DNA from: Bacillales bacterium UBA3946
GTDB taxonomy: Bacteria > Bacillota_I > Bacilli_A > ML615J-28 > CAG-698
Length of the DNA: 59,679 bases
Direction: 5' to 3'
Assembly (NCBI GenBank): GCA_002385575.1
Contig: DGDS01000024.1
Span: forward strand, 14,315-73,993
In this document: positions 59,329 to 59,679 of the stretch, piece after piece
How positions within the stretch are numbered: the first letter of the stretch is position 1
Layout: every line of letters begins with the position of its first letter
The notes under the pieces: model-generated
What the model was told of the DNA's origin: nothing
Seen by the model: the letters and a program-made list of their open reading frames with translations, nothing else
Database searches by the model: none
Program-made: the position numbers and the translations under genes

Positions 59329-59350
59329 GCGGCCTTGGGCCGCTTTTTTT
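59329..59350 (+). terminator. Intrinsic terminator after the ABC exporter operon
   Basis: GCGGCC-TTG-GGCCGC followed by T7, directly after the TAA stop. Confidence 0.8.
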
Positions 59351-59378
59351 CTTTTCGGAAAAATAGGAGAAAATCATC

Positions 59379-59407
59379 TTGCAAAATGAGCGGAAATTTA
59401 GTATAAT
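59379..59407 (+). promoter_or_regulatory. SigA-type promoter for the tRNA-Trp/His/Thr cluster
   Basis: TTGCAA, 17-nt spacer, consensus TATAAT, 20 nt upstream of tRNA-Trp. Confidence 0.75.
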
Positions 59408-59426
59408 TAATAATGCCTTGTCAAAC

Positions 59427-59500
59427 AGGGGTATAGTTCAATGGTAGAACAGCGGTCTCCAAAACCGTTAATGAGGGTTCGAATCCTTCTACCCCTGCCA
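59427..59500 (+). tRNA. tRNA-Trp (anticodon CCA), CCA end encoded
   Basis: Acceptor AGGGGTA/TACCCCT, anticodon loop CTCCAAA, T-loop TTCGAAT. Confidence 0.92.
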
Positions 59501-59503
59501 GAT

Positions 59504-59581
59504 GGCGATTGTGGCGAAGTGGCTTAACGCACCGGATTGTGGCTCCGGCATTCGTGGGTTCGATTCCCATCAGTCGCCCCA
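59504..59581 (+). tRNA. tRNA-His (anticodon GTG) with encoded G-1, CCA encoded
   Basis: An extra 5' G pairs with C73. Acceptor GCGATTG/CAGTCGC, anticodon loop TTGTGGC, T-loop TTCGATT. Confidence 0.92.
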
Positions 59582-59584
59582 TAC

Positions 59585-59660
59585 GCTAGGATAGCTCAGC
59601 TGGTAGAGCAATTGATTCGTAATCAATAGGTCGTAGGTTCGAATCCTATTCCTAGCACCA
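59585..59660 (+). tRNA. tRNA-Thr (anticodon CGT), CCA encoded
   Basis: Acceptor GCTAGGA/TCCTAGC, anticodon stem ATTGA/TCAAT with loop TTCGTAA, T-loop TTCGAAT. Confidence 0.9.
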
Positions 59661-59679
59661 TATTGAATGCATAGGTTTG

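Overview
This is a 59.7-kb chromosomal window from a Bacillota-type genome. G+C is roughly 50% by eye. The standard genetic code applies: TGA is used as a stop and tRNA-Trp has anticodon CCA. The window is gene-dense, mostly plus-strand, and dominated by housekeeping genes. In order these are: udk, a GHL10/YngK-like hydrolase, patatin, a MATE pump, class II RNR (nrdJ) and a ClpA/C-like ATPase. Next comes a 1421-aa DUF4011-type SF1 helicase-like protein translationally coupled to an ankyrin-repeat protein and cdaA, followed by a decayed AT-rich surface-lipoprotein pseudogene. Then come mgsA, a degenerate-GGDEF membrane protein and ispD-ispF, followed by CBS, YunB-like, NifU-like and S1-domain proteins. 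After those are pgi, a CwlD-like amidase, tsaE-tsaB-rimI-tsaD and a BspA-LRR/Big_2 lipoprotein. Next are a CvpA-like / membrane / 1039-aa coiled-coil trio and a stand-alone B3/4 protein with glnS. The remainder holds pcrA-ligA-uvrA, lgt-trxB-whiA, an XRE regulator, acpS, a YdcC/LolA-like lipoprotein, potABCD and an ABC exporter. Seven tRNAs sit in three promoter-led clusters. I saw no CRISPR array, rRNA, transposase, integrase or recognisable defence gene. The best candidates for something undescribed are five. (1) The overlapping helicase-like / ankyrin / cdaA operon, which lacks cdaR-glmM. (2) The membrane / membrane / giant coiled-coil cluster with a histone-H1-like Lys/Ala tract. (3) A roughly 170-aa charged coiled-coil insertion inside PotA. 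(4) A ClpA/C paralog with a dead D2 ring that still carries an IGF loop. (5) A run of pseudo-enzyme-like domains (GGDEF, Nudix, thioredoxin, helicase). All family calls come from motif recognition by eye; no searches or computations were run.
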